Part shown: positions 1 through 9,175 of the stretch, piece after piece
Layout: each line of letters begins with the position of its first letter
Position numbering within the stretch: position 1 is the stretch's first letter
NCBI GenBank assembly: GCA_033764315.1
Contig: JANRJA010000170.1
Coordinates: 1 to 64,000 of the forward strand
Direction of reading: 5' to 3'
Length of the DNA stretch: 64,000 bases
DNA from: Oculatellaceae cyanobacterium bins.114
GTDB taxonomy: Bacteria > Cyanobacteriota > Cyanobacteriia > Elainellales > Elainellaceae
Notes under the pieces: generated by a model
Seen by the model: the letters and a program-made list of their open reading frames with translations, nothing else
The model's database searches: none
What the model was told of the DNA's origin: nothing
Translations under genes and position numbers: made by a program

Positions 1-24
1 GCGGTTCAAGTCCGCCTCCTGGCA
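1..24 (+). tRNA. 3' end of tRNA-Phe(GAA); the 5' part lies outside the window; attL of the integrated element
   Basis: GCGGTTCAAGTCCGCCTCCTGGCA is a T-arm plus acceptor 3' strand; the longer copy at 12373 carries the anticodon arm GAGGA-CTGAAAA-TCCTC. Confidence 0.85.
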
Positions 25-255
25 TTATTCCTCGACTGGGAAAACAGTGTTGCAGTTAACGCACTCAACAATGTACTCAGATTCATCTTCATCAACCACT
101 ACGCCAGCTTCCCATCCATGATTTTCAAGGCATAGTGGGCAGCTTCCATCTGGGTATTGCTCACATTTCTCCTGAGCTGTCATTACTTCACCATTGTTTT
201 TTATGAAATAAGTCATCTTGTTTACCTGCGTAGTAGAGCAATTAGTCAAGCTCAA
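25..255 (-). CDS. Small CxxC...CxxC zinc-ribbon protein (start uncertain)
   Basis: CPLC and CVNC motifs; stop codon abuts the att repeat. Confidence 0.5.
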   Translation of the reverse strand: MSLTNCSTTQVNKMTYFIKNNGEVMTAQEKCEQYPDGSCPLCLENHGWEAGVVVDEDESEYIVECVNCNTVFPVEE

Positions 256-350
256 AGGCTCGATTTTCCGTTGTCAGTAGCATCGATGCTGAACGAGAGA
301 ATGAGGCTTTCAGACCATAACCGAGCGGTTATATAGTCCAAATTTAGTCC

Positions 351-1259
351 TTAGAATTCTGGGATGTTAATGATCCGGTTTCTTCCCACGTAGTGTTCGT
401 AAAGAACCTTTACAGAAACTCGTCCCAAATAGGACACATCTTGAGGGCTAAGGTGGTTCAACGCTTCAGTAAGCCAGGTATGACGGCAATGGTACTGACT
501 CAGGTAGAACGCGATTTTCCCTTCATCTACCAATCTCTCTACAAGTGGTTTCCAATGCCGTGTCTGAAAATTTTTGTAGTCAAATTCCCCTCCCTCGATG
601 CCAGTAAAAACAGGTGATTTACGATCGCACTGGAGATGATACAGGTCAGCTAAAAGGTCTTGAAGCCTTTGATTACAAGGAAAGCGAGTGCTTTTCCCGT
701 TTTTGGTGCCCTGCCGGATCTTCACATCGATGGGCAATGCTTCCTCAAACAGGATCTCTTTAAAGCCACCCGCGATATGTCCCCACCTCAGTGCGGCTGC
801 TTCCTCTGGACGGCAACCCGTCCAAAAAAGGAACTTCACCCAGTGGGAGTAGAAAAAATCATGCTTGTCAAACTCCTCAATGATGCGATCGCGTTCCTCA
901 ACCGTGAACGCTGCCCATGCTTTCTCGCCTGGTTGCTTGGCTCTTATCTGTCTAGCCAAACCGTCAAACGGGTTGAATTTGATGATGTTTGAAAACATTG
1001 CCCACCCTCCACACGCCTGGAGCTGGACCAAGGTACGGCGTGCTATCTCTGCTGAGTAGTGTTGCATGAGGTAGTCTCGAATCTCAACACTTGTCGCCAA
1101 CAGTGGGGCAATCGCGTTCATCTTCTCCAGCCGTCGAGTAATTTTTTGATAGTCCCGTTGGTAAGTAGATGGTGCAACCTGCCCGCGTCGAAACTCTGTG
1201 TACTGAGTCCACAGTTCACAGACCTGGATGGGATTAATTGAACGTCTCCTATCGTTCAT
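351..1259 (-). CDS. int: Tyrosine recombinase/integrase
   Basis: TGCRPEEAAALRW (catalytic R), TKNGK, YHCRHT, C-terminal HY tyrosine; next to the att site. Confidence 0.93.
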   Translation of the reverse strand: MNDRRRSINPIQVCELWTQYTEFRRGQVAPSTYQRDYQKITRRLEKMNAIAPLLATSVEIRDYLMQHYSAEIARRTLVQLQACGGWAMFSNIIKFNPFDGLARQIRAKQPGEKAWAAFTVEERDRIIEEFDKHDFFYSHWVKFLFWTGCRPEEAAALRWGHIAGGFKEILFEEALPIDVKIRQGTKNGKSTRFPCNQRLQDLLADLYHLQCDRKSPVFTGIEGGEFDYKNFQTRHWKPLVERLVDEGKIAFYLSQYHCRHTWLTEALNHLSPQDVSYLGRVSVKVLYEHYVGRNRIINIPEF

Positions 1260-1504
1260 CCATCTCTCAACTCTTGTATCTTTGACAAAGCTTCATTTCT
1301 TAACTGATTTACTCGCGTGATTTCGTGCCGTTTGACCTGGTGTGAGCACCGACCATTCATAAACCGCCCTATTAAACTGAAGTAGTAAGCTTCTCTCACT
1401 TCCCAAAACATCAACTCCATAGACGATGACTTGGTTGGTGGGGGAAGAGGGTTTATGACAGGCTCAGGAACATAAGTAAGCAGGTCTAACTGAGTGTGGT
1501 TCAT
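1256..1504 (-). CDS. Hypothetical element protein
   Basis: 4-bp overlaps with both neighbours suggest translational coupling. Confidence 0.6.
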   Translation of the reverse strand: MNHTQLDLLTYVPEPVINPLPPPTKSSSMELMFWEVREAYYFSLIGRFMNGRCSHQVKRHEITRVNQLRNEALSKIQELRDG

Positions 1505-1791
1505 CGCTTGCCCTCATGTGGGAACTCTGCGGTTCTAAGCTTTTCCTCTAAGACCGCGATCGCCTTGTCGCTTAGTAATTGCCTCAACATCCACCACTGA
1601 CGCGCCAGGGGGCGATCGCCAATCATCCTTCTTACCTGTGCTTCCTCTCTGCCTTTACGCACGAGAGCCACGATCGCCCATGCCACTAATCGGGGGGTGG
1701 GGTCACTGCCTTTCAACTGGCATCGGGTGATGTGAATTTGGATGCTGGTGAGGGTATCTAGGAGGTCTATCACTCCGTAGTCTCCTTCCAA
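1501..1791 (-). CDS. Hypothetical element protein
   Basis: Lies in the same operon, between the replicase and the integrase. Confidence 0.55.
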   Translation of the reverse strand: MEGDYGVIDLLDTLTSIQIHITRCQLKGSDPTPRLVAWAIVALVRKGREEAQVRRMIGDRPLARQWWMLRQLLSDKAIAVLEEKLRTAEFPHEGKR

Positions 1792-3221
1792 GGGGGATCG
1801 AAATGGCTCAAACCCTCTACAGGCAATGTGTTACACCCTGTTTCCTCAAAATTCCAGCCCTGAAACCACCTCGAACCCTTATCAGAGCTAGGGTTACACT
1901 CCCTTTCAGACAATAAGCTTTTAGCGAATTCTCGCTCACTCGCTCCTTCAGAGCTAGAGTGAGCAGATTCGATATTTCCAGAGGGGGGGTGCGGGGGGGT
2001 TTTCCACAGGTGCCGAGGGTGCCAAAGGTCGATGTGATATTCGTGGTAAAGCGTCTCACCACTGAACCCAAATTCCGTGGTTAAAACCGTGAATCTCTCC
2101 CTCGTTTCTGCGGGTAAGCGTCCCTGGTTCAGGAGCTGGGCGATCGCAAAGCAGATCCTTTCTCGTGCCCTTGCCTTGTGAAATTGGTTCCATTGGTTGA
2201 CGGCTGCCTCAACAGTCGTCGGCTCCGGTTCCTTCTTGCTCTCCCCATAGGGGTAATATCGGGAGTTCTCTACACACCGTACCCACTCCTCAGCCCGTTG
2301 GAAAATTTCATGCTTATGCCTACACCACTCGTGATAACCAGGTGCTCTGGTAGCCACTTTCACGATTTCCAGCACCAGGCGTTCACCCTCTAACGGCTTG
2401 CCTCCCACCAGGCGATGCCCAAACACATACGATCGTAGAGTGATGCGACCGAGTAGATAGTTTGTCTGCCCTGGACCTGTCCACCCTGTTTCTATTTCGG
2501 TGTTGAGGTCGTTAAGGAATTTTTCACCCTTGTAACCCAACTTGAAGTAAGTCCGGGTTGCTTCCTTGAGAACTCTGTTAAATAAGACCTGATTGATCTG
2601 GTTTCGTCGTTCGCACCAACCCCATTGACGACAAAACTCAATCTGAGTAGACCATTTTGGTGCCCACCAATCATCGAGAATGTAACTACCCGTTTGCAGT
2701 GGGAGGCGATGCCCTTTATAAAGTGAGGTGCCTCCCTCTGCGTCGTAGTTGCGAACGTTGGGGAAGATTTCTAGTAACCCATCCTCAACCATGAAGCCTT
2801 TATATTTGAGAATTTGGGCGACGACGGCGGCAATCTGCCAGGTGAGGAGAGGACGAGGTAACGGGAAATAGATATGGATTCCACCGCTGTAACTGCTGGT
2901 GATGGCGATGTGGTCGGTTATACCCAAAAGTTCTAAGGCTTCAATAATTCGTCCGGTTGCGAATCGGTCACGCTTGGGGTGATAGGGTGAGTTTCGATCA
3001 ATGTCAAGCATGAAATAGCTGGTTTCTATGCCAAACCTCACACCATATAGGTATTTACCCTCTTGTAGGTGTCGATCGCTGAGTGGGTGCCTGTCTTCGG
3101 TGTGCCACTCGGTTTTCTCACCTGGTTGGTGATGGGGTGCCCAAAGGTAATCCCATCTGTGGGGGAATAGCTCAAGAAATTGGTCTGTTTCGGGAATGTA
3201 ACGAGATAATGTGTTCGTCAT
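1770..3221 (-). CDS. Putative replication protein with an archaeo-eukaryotic primase (AEP/prim-pol)-like N-terminal domain
   Basis: hhhDhD motif (FMLDID), SxSGGxHhY motif (SSYSGGIHIYF), later HRLPLQ; no Walker A helicase domain seen. Confidence 0.7.
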   Translation of the reverse strand: MTNTLSRYIPETDQFLELFPHRWDYLWAPHHQPGEKTEWHTEDRHPLSDRHLQEGKYLYGVRFGIETSYFMLDIDRNSPYHPKRDRFATGRIIEALELLGITDHIAITSSYSGGIHIYFPLPRPLLTWQIAAVVAQILKYKGFMVEDGLLEIFPNVRNYDAEGGTSLYKGHRLPLQTGSYILDDWWAPKWSTQIEFCRQWGWCERRNQINQVLFNRVLKEATRTYFKLGYKGEKFLNDLNTEIETGWTGPGQTNYLLGRITLRSYVFGHRLVGGKPLEGERLVLEIVKVATRAPGYHEWCRHKHEIFQRAEEWVRCVENSRYYPYGESKKEPEPTTVEAAVNQWNQFHKARARERICFAIAQLLNQGRLPAETRERFTVLTTEFGFSGETLYHEYHIDLWHPRHLWKTPPHPPSGNIESAHSSSEGASEREFAKSLLSERECNPSSDKGSRWFQGWNFEETGCNTLPVEGLSHFDPPWKETTE

Positions 3222-3288
3222 TTTTTACGTACCGGTTCACACACACATAAAAGAGGCGATCGCCGTTTTACCGACGATCGCCCAATTT

Positions 3289-3546
3289 CTAAGCTTCGAC
3301 TTTTGTTAGAGGTAGCCTAACTACCTTCATCTCTTCCCTGGTGTTCATCTGCATCACGCAGGCATTACAAAGCAGTGCCCAAACAAAATCAGCCTCATCC
3401 CCATAAAAATGCTCTGTCTCTTTGTTGCCAAGCCAGATAATCAACTCTCTATCTTTGTCGGTGTCATCCTCAGTTGGAGTGTAATAGTGAGCCTGACAAA
3501 CTGCCTCAAGATTGATGATGGTGTTTCTAACTCGAAATAGTTGCAT
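3289..3546 (-). CDS. Hypothetical protein, first gene of the leftward operon
   Basis: ATG start with AAGGAA upstream; 85 aa. Confidence 0.6.
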   Translation of the reverse strand: MQLFRVRNTIINLEAVCQAHYYTPTEDDTDKDRELIIWLGNKETEHFYGDEADFVWALLCNACVMQMNTREEMKVVRLPLTKVEA

Positions 3547-3588
3547 TGTGCTATTCCTTTAAGTAGGTGGATTAGTTTTGTCAAAGTG

Positions 3589-3619
3589 AAGGGCATCCCT
3601 CGGCGGGGGTGCCCTTTTT
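3589..3619 (+). terminator. Intrinsic terminator-like hairpin
   Basis: AAGGGCATCCC...GGGGTGCCCTT followed by a T-run. Confidence 0.55.
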
Positions 3620-3761
3620 AGTGCGAGTGTGGTTATCCGTCTAAGCAATCTCCTGTAACGAAATGGGTAGCAATTGGATCATTTGGTATGCACAGCAAGG
3701 GGTAGCGATGACCGTCAAAGCCCCTCGCTGTGCTGCACTACCAAAACATGAGGTCTAAGAA

Positions 3762-4022
3762 ATGAGTGAATGGATGGCTTTAAACGCCGAAGATGTGATA
3801 ACTGTTGACACTGGCAAATTTGCTTGTATGAACTCTCCAACATTCAAAGCATCTGAATTGTTAGAGAGAGCTGATGCTGTCTTGGTAGCCAGGGGGCAAT
3901 TTCCTGGATTAACTACAGAGGGGCAATCATGCAAAGTGCTTAAGCCAGGGGACAACTGGCAACGGGTCAAAGTCAGAGTCAAGGTTGAATTGACTGTCGA
4001 GTACACGATCGAGGACCAATAA
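3762..4022 (+). CDS. KGK-domain-like cyanobacterial protein
   Basis: EGQSCKVLKPGDNWQRVKVRVKVELTVEY resembles the KGK-family C-terminal pattern. Confidence 0.6.
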   Translation: MSEWMALNAEDVITVDTGKFACMNSPTFKASELLERADAVLVARGQFPGLTTEGQSCKVLKPGDNWQRVKVRVKVELTVEYTIEDQ

Positions 4023-4037
4023 CAAGTTCAGCTATGC

Positions 4038-4071
4038 AAGCAGTCAGATTCCCCCATCTGGCTGCTTTTTT
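4038..4071 (+). terminator. Intrinsic terminator after the KGK-like gene
   Basis: AAGCAGTCAGAT/ATCTGGCTGCTT stem followed by a T-run. Confidence 0.65.
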
Positions 4072-4096
4072 GGTTTATATAAGTCACCTCCTTTGA

Positions 4097-4258
4097 AACC
4101 TCAAATGATTTGAGGTTCAATATTTTGTAGTGCGAGTAGATCTAACCCTGACTCGCACCACAGCCCTAGAAAATGAGCTAAACCTAATTTACCTCAAATC
4201 CTTTGAGGTAGATCAAGTTTTCCTCAAATTCTTTTACCTATATTTGATTTGAGGTAAA
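4097..4258. promoter_or_regulatory. Repeated palindromic operators ACCTCAAA-N3-TTTGAGGT upstream of the Xre gene
   Basis: Palindromes at 4097-4117 and 4190-4210; further half or degenerate sites at 4221-4229 and 4235-4256. Confidence 0.75.
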
Positions 4259-4519
4259 ATGAGAGATGAAGCGAATCCTAATTCTGTGTTTGTTCAACTT
4301 AGACGGCAGTTAAAACTCACTCAAAAGAACGTTGCTGATGAATTGGGCATCAGCGAACAGACCGTTCGTAACTGGGAAAACGGAAAAACTACCCCACAGT
4401 TGACCATTCCCCAGATGAAACGCCTATGCAATTTGCTGCAACGTTCTTTAGAGGAAGTGCCTGACTATTTCGGACCTATTGAAAATGCCGATCACATAAA
4501 TGCGATCGGCATGAATTGA
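4259..4519 (+). CDS. Xre/Cro-family HTH transcriptional regulator
   Basis: LRRQLKLTQKNVADELGISEQTVRNWENG is a classic HTH_3 motif. Confidence 0.9.
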   Translation: MRDEANPNSVFVQLRRQLKLTQKNVADELGISEQTVRNWENGKTTPQLTIPQMKRLCNLLQRSLEEVPDYFGPIENADHINAIGMN

Positions 4520-4620
4520 GATAAGGAGGTGAACTAACTAAAACTTGCTTTGAATTCTGGAGGAGGGTGAATGCTTGGCGGCTCCCCTCCTCTTACCCCG
4601 TTTAAAGGAGCAATTTGATC

Positions 4621-4995
4621 ATGACACGAGCAAAGACAATCATTCCAATATTGCTTTGGGCATTTTCCCAAGGCGTTTTTTTGTCCGGTTGCATTGATGA
4701 AACGACAGCATCAACCAGTTCACCAAGAACAGCTCTGGTTGTAAACGGTGAACCCGTTACAGAATGGCGACAAATCACCAGGGATGAGCACGATAAACTC
4801 ATGCGCTTGGCAGGTGGATTAGATGAAATCGGTCGGTTTAAGAACCCCATCCTCTTAAGTGATGTGGGGCTATCTCCAAGCACAGCTAACGGCTGGCTGT
4901 TAATGCGGTTCAACTGGGACCCAACGAACGGCATTGCCGTGAACGTTGAGGATGGGTATCTAACCCAGTCCATTTTCTATATTCCCCGTCAGTAA
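4621..4995 (+). CDS. Putative lipoprotein
   Basis: Hydrophobic signal ending in an LSGC lipobox; AAGGAG RBS upstream. Confidence 0.6.
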   Translation: MTRAKTIIPILLWAFSQGVFLSGCIDETTASTSSPRTALVVNGEPVTEWRQITRDEHDKLMRLAGGLDEIGRFKNPILLSDVGLSPSTANGWLLMRFNWDPTNGIAVNVEDGYLTQSIFYIPRQ

Positions 4996-4996
4996 A

Positions 4997-5410
4997 TTGA
5001 GTGAGGAGAACAGACATACTATGATGACATCGAACCCGATCGCTCAATTTACTGAAGCTGTGCTCTACGTCCTTGATTACCTGGTAGAGGGTGAGAAGAA
5101 GAGAACCATTCTTCAACCTGTTGACGCTGAATATGGCGTAATCCTTGAAGAAACATCTGATGGGAGTGACCTGATGAGAGGGTTACTTGCCAATGGGAAA
5201 CGTATTTTTGTTCCCATGTCACAAGTCCTTCATGTTGAAGAATGGAAGGTTCAAGTTAAAGCAGGTTATCTCGGCAGCGGCAGCCGGACGCTTCATCTAA
5301 ATGAGAAACAGATGGAACGTCTGGTTAACAATTTCCCACGCGATCAGGAAACTGGAGAGGTGAAGGGAATTGCCAATTTTGAAAAGGTAGAGCGGGACAA
5401 GAAAGAATAG
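4997..5410 (+). CDS. Hypothetical protein (probable start ~5021)
   Basis: ORF directly follows the lipoprotein gene; GAGGAG lies upstream of the internal ATG. Confidence 0.55.
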   Translation: MSEENRHTMMTSNPIAQFTEAVLYVLDYLVEGEKKRTILQPVDAEYGVILEETSDGSDLMRGLLANGKRIFVPMSQVLHVEEWKVQVKAGYLGSGSRTLHLNEKQMERLVNNFPRDQETGEVKGIANFEKVERDKKE

Positions 5411-5502
5411 ATAACGGCTAACATAGTGCTCAAAGACACCACTTCTACTAACCTTCCTCATGGAAGGTTTTTTTGTTGGGTCATTTGTCCCCAGTTGGGT
5501 AC

Positions 5503-5829
5503 TCATTTTTGTGGCCGCATGGGTTTTAGGCACGTCCAAACAGTTCCTTGTTTTGTGCAACCCAAATCTTGAAACAACTTGGGCGATCGCTCAGATACCT
5601 TCTGCCCACTGCAAAATCTATCTTCTACTGCTTCCTCTGAGATGGAATGATTGGGATTTATCCAATCACCCCAAACTGTTGTCTTAATACAGTTTTCCTC
5701 AAAACTATAGTCAGTTAAAAAACTAAATCCCCAACCATAAAAAACCCCTTTTTCTTCATTTGTGAAAATTTGTATTGCTAGAGTTGGGATGAAAATCAAA
5801 CCGATAATTACAAATAGTAATCTACGCAT
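5503..5829 (-). CDS. Small membrane-anchored or secreted hypothetical protein
   Basis: N-terminal hydrophobic helix, Cys-containing C-terminus, AT-rich sequence. Confidence 0.5.
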   Translation of the reverse strand: MRRLLFVIIGLIFIPTLAIQIFTNEEKGVFYGWGFSFLTDYSFEENCIKTTVWGDWINPNHSISEEAVEDRFCSGQKVSERSPKLFQDLGCTKQGTVWTCLKPMRPQK

Positions 5830-5838
5830 AAATCCTGA

Positions 5839-8010
5839 TTGATGGTTGAATCAAATCGTGGTGATTGTCCATTCGGAAGTGAACCCCGACCCAACGCCGA
5901 TCCAAATGCGGGTGTAATTGCCTTTGCCGATTTAGGAATACCGACCAGACCACGGGGAACTGGTCCAACAAGGATAGGACCGTTTCAATTTAACGATAAT
6001 GGCGCATTCCTTGATGTGGCAGACCTGACATCAGGTGCATACGACTTTAATATTGTTTATGTTGATGACCTCACTGGTTTTTGTAGCAAACCACCTCCCA
6101 CAGCTAACCAGATTTTAGATGTCAGTGGCTACCCTGATTCTGTACTAGCCCTCTTTAGAGAGAAAGCAGCGGCGATCGCGGCTCGACGGTGGAATCAAAA
6201 CTGTATCTGTGCCAGTGGCACCCCTGACCCGAACGCTTGCCGATATTGGGGAGGTAGGGGGCAATGCCCTGGCACTGCTTACGCATGGGAGGTAAATTAT
6301 TCAATCTCTCAATACAACACTATTGACGGCTCGTTCATCCAAACAAACTCAGCAGGGGGAACTTATGGATTGCCCCAAAATGGGAAGTTGTACTACGGAC
6401 CGATCGGGAGTCCACAATTTGTCGTCCAAGATGGCATCGCTAAATATATAGTGACCTATTACGATGACCCATTAGGGCAACAACCCAACACAGTAGATCT
6501 CACCCCATCCGCTAACATTGACCAAAATCAAGGTGTTTTTTACTATGTTTTCGATACCTTTGCCGCTTCCAACATGAGGGCAATCTTAGGGCAACGTGAT
6601 GATTGTTGCTCTACACCTCCAGCCCCACCCGATTACAACGATGACGTAGAAGATCCCAACAACATCATAGAAATTGATGGACCCGACTCACCCACAGGAG
6701 AACCCTTGACTATTATCGTGTTGCCCCTTCCCGGCATTGAAGGCGCACCAGGCGCACCAGGCGCACCAGGTGAACCAGGTGTTCCAGGGTCAAGAGGACC
6801 ACAAGGGGAACCAGGCATTCCTGGACCGCAAGGACCAGAGGGACCGAAGGGCGATCAGGGGAACCCTGGACCACCAGGTGAGCCTGGACCGTGCCCTAAT
6901 ATCACAGGAAGCCTTCAAATAGTGACGGAAGAACAGCCGTCACTAGAAGTAGAGAAGGTTGGACCATGCGATTATCTATTCAAATTTGCATTAAGAAATG
7001 AAGAAATGGAAGAAGTAATTATACAAGGTGTATTGAATATACAGAACTGTGATGGAAGTACTTTGTCAGTTCCATATGAAGGCAAAAACTTTGTAGGATT
7101 ACAGTCATTCTCACAGTCACTTTCAACAGCTTTGAAAGTGATGTCAGAGAATCAGTGTCCAGAAATAAAAGGTAAGACTGAACTACCAAATTGTTTTGAT
7201 TCAGAAGAAGATGCAAATGTCTTTATAGACACATTGGTAAGCTTCATAGTAGGTAAAATTGTAGACTTAGTAATTCTCTATTTTACAAAAGGAAAAGCAA
7301 CATTAAATCCTGTCTTAATGGAGTTTTTGAGTGCTCTAATTACAAATTTAATTATTGATATATTAGGCAGATTCATAGAAGCAACAACGGCACCACCACC
7401 ACTAGAATATGAAGGATATGGAATTTTAGGAATCAATAACAGAATCACCAATATAGAAACAATGCTGAAACAAATTGGTGAAGCTACATGTCCTGTAAAG
7501 CCACCTGAAGGAAGATATGAACAACCCAGTTGTATGGTGCTTCTACCATCAGAGCAATACAACGAATTCCAAATCATCAAACAGTTAATCATCACTTTCG
7601 GTTTGAATTACCCTCAAGATGTTGGTTCAAGATGGCATATTCACATTCCCGACCCAATAGACGGATTAAATTGGTGTACACACTTCGACAGCTTACAAAG
7701 AACTGTTGTGAATCGTGATTCTGAAACTCGTTATAGCGGGCGTATTTTTTGGGCAAATACATCGTTGTGGACGGGGGGTTACTTTGCCGGACGTGATGAA
7801 GCTAAAGAATTCTTAGAGCAAATTGCACAATTATCAAAGCTCACTCCCTCAGCTATCCGCATCTCCGAGAAAATACGTCCCGGTGGTCAATCGCTTGATG
7901 TATCGTCTCGTGATGTCAGAGCAGTGAGAGCCGTTGTTTCTCAACGTGCCGAAGATGAAGAAACAGCAGATTTAATACTATGTCTTGCCCCTCCTAAAGA
8001 GGGTTGTTAG
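5839..8010 (+). CDS. Large collagen-repeat protein, putative virion spike or attachment/entry protein
   Basis: 18 Gly-X-Y triplets (6733-6894), Cys-rich domains, two hydrophobic/amphipathic segments. Confidence 0.75.
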   Translation: MMVESNRGDCPFGSEPRPNADPNAGVIAFADLGIPTRPRGTGPTRIGPFQFNDNGAFLDVADLTSGAYDFNIVYVDDLTGFCSKPPPTANQILDVSGYPDSVLALFREKAAAIAARRWNQNCICASGTPDPNACRYWGGRGQCPGTAYAWEVNYSISQYNTIDGSFIQTNSAGGTYGLPQNGKLYYGPIGSPQFVVQDGIAKYIVTYYDDPLGQQPNTVDLTPSANIDQNQGVFYYVFDTFAASNMRAILGQRDDCCSTPPAPPDYNDDVEDPNNIIEIDGPDSPTGEPLTIIVLPLPGIEGAPGAPGAPGEPGVPGSRGPQGEPGIPGPQGPEGPKGDQGNPGPPGEPGPCPNITGSLQIVTEEQPSLEVEKVGPCDYLFKFALRNEEMEEVIIQGVLNIQNCDGSTLSVPYEGKNFVGLQSFSQSLSTALKVMSENQCPEIKGKTELPNCFDSEEDANVFIDTLVSFIVGKIVDLVILYFTKGKATLNPVLMEFLSALITNLIIDILGRFIEATTAPPPLEYEGYGILGINNRITNIETMLKQIGEATCPVKPPEGRYEQPSCMVLLPSEQYNEFQIIKQLIITFGLNYPQDVGSRWHIHIPDPIDGLNWCTHFDSLQRTVVNRDSETRYSGRIFWANTSLWTGGYFAGRDEAKEFLEQIAQLSKLTPSAIRISEKIRPGGQSLDVSSRDVRAVRAVVSQRAEDEETADLILCLAPPKEGC

Positions 8011-8215
8011 CGTTGTCATAGTCGGGATTCGTTGCCACGTACAACCGTCCCTTAAACTTTTTAGCCACAATCACACGCGACCTTAAAAGCGTCTTCACCT
8101 GGTTGCGAGTGTAAAAATTTTCCTTAAGCCATCTCGATAGTGGCACCAGTTGCAGCGATCCATCAGATCTACACCCCTCACAATAAAAATTGAATCGATC
8201 AGCAGGTGTAGGCAC
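7994..8215 (-). CDS. Small winged-helix (excisionase-like) DNA-binding protein
   Basis: [38 protein letters not shown] fits a Xis/HTH_17-like pattern. Confidence 0.5.
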   Translation of the reverse strand: MPTPADRFNFYCEGCRSDGSLQLVPLSRWLKENFYTRNQVKTLLRSRVIVAKKFKGRLYVATNPDYDNANNPL

Positions 8216-8346
8216 AATTGACCCTCTTCTATTTCTGTCTTGTCGTATCTTACATACGACGATATCCTTCTTTGTGTCTTCTGTTGGCTCTAACTCAGTC
8301 AGAGAGCATACTTGAGAACAACTGTACTTAATTATTTGGGAACATT

Positions 8347-9123
8347 ATGACTCTAGCTATTGAGTATTTTAGTACCTCAGGAAATGCCACTGCTGCGGGT
8401 GTTTATATCCCGATCGCATCCCTACCAGGCTTAACATCTACAGAGCTTGAGAGTGGTGATGCAGATAAAGAGAGCAAAGTGCTTTTAGCTCTATGCAATA
8501 AGATTTTTGATGTATTGAACCCTACAAACTTTGACAAGCTAGGGTTTGCAGTTACCAAAGGTCAACCGACCGGGGCAGGAACTGACATCATCAACCAAAA
8601 CTACAGCTATACCAATACGTTTGTAGTCAATCATGCCGCTAACACTTTACTGCAAATTCCAGTCCCCTCATCAGGGTCATTCTCTGATGTTGGAAAATTC
8701 CGAATCGTTGAGGTATTCCCCAATGCGGTGGCAGTTGCAGCGAGTGGATCAGTCGCGGGCGCAGGTATCGTCATTAATGCATTGACGGCATATGGTGGAC
8801 CCACTCAATCAGAGGTTAGTAGTTCTATCGGTGATGCAGATGGCGACGATCGCCAGTGGTTTGCAGCACTGCTACAAATGCTGGTGAACGATTCCACCGT
8901 TCGCACAACTGACACTGCATCAGCCGTTATCGTAAAATCTCGCTCTAATGCGGCTGGTGTTGCTCCGTCTACGGCATTTACTGATGCAACCAACCCCACC
9001 ACTGGCATCACATCGGCTCAGTTGCCTTTGCGCTCATTCTTTAGCATTACCTATTCGATCACGTTGCAATTGGCTCTAAATCAAGCAACACAGACCTTTG
9101 ACGTCAGACACGTCACAGCATAA
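8347..9123 (+). CDS. Unknown protein with an internal duplication; candidate major structural protein
   Basis: A/G/T/S-rich; first gene of the putative late operon; two similar halves. Confidence 0.65.
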   Translation: MTLAIEYFSTSGNATAAGVYIPIASLPGLTSTELESGDADKESKVLLALCNKIFDVLNPTNFDKLGFAVTKGQPTGAGTDIINQNYSYTNTFVVNHAANTLLQIPVPSSGSFSDVGKFRIVEVFPNAVAVAASGSVAGAGIVINALTAYGGPTQSEVSSSIGDADGDDRQWFAALLQMLVNDSTVRTTDTASAVIVKSRSNAAGVAPSTAFTDATNPTTGITSAQLPLRSFFSITYSITLQLALNQATQTFDVRHVTA

Positions 9124-9175
9124 TCGTTTGATTTTCAGTTCTAACCAATAAAACACGATTGAGAGGTACTTAGAT

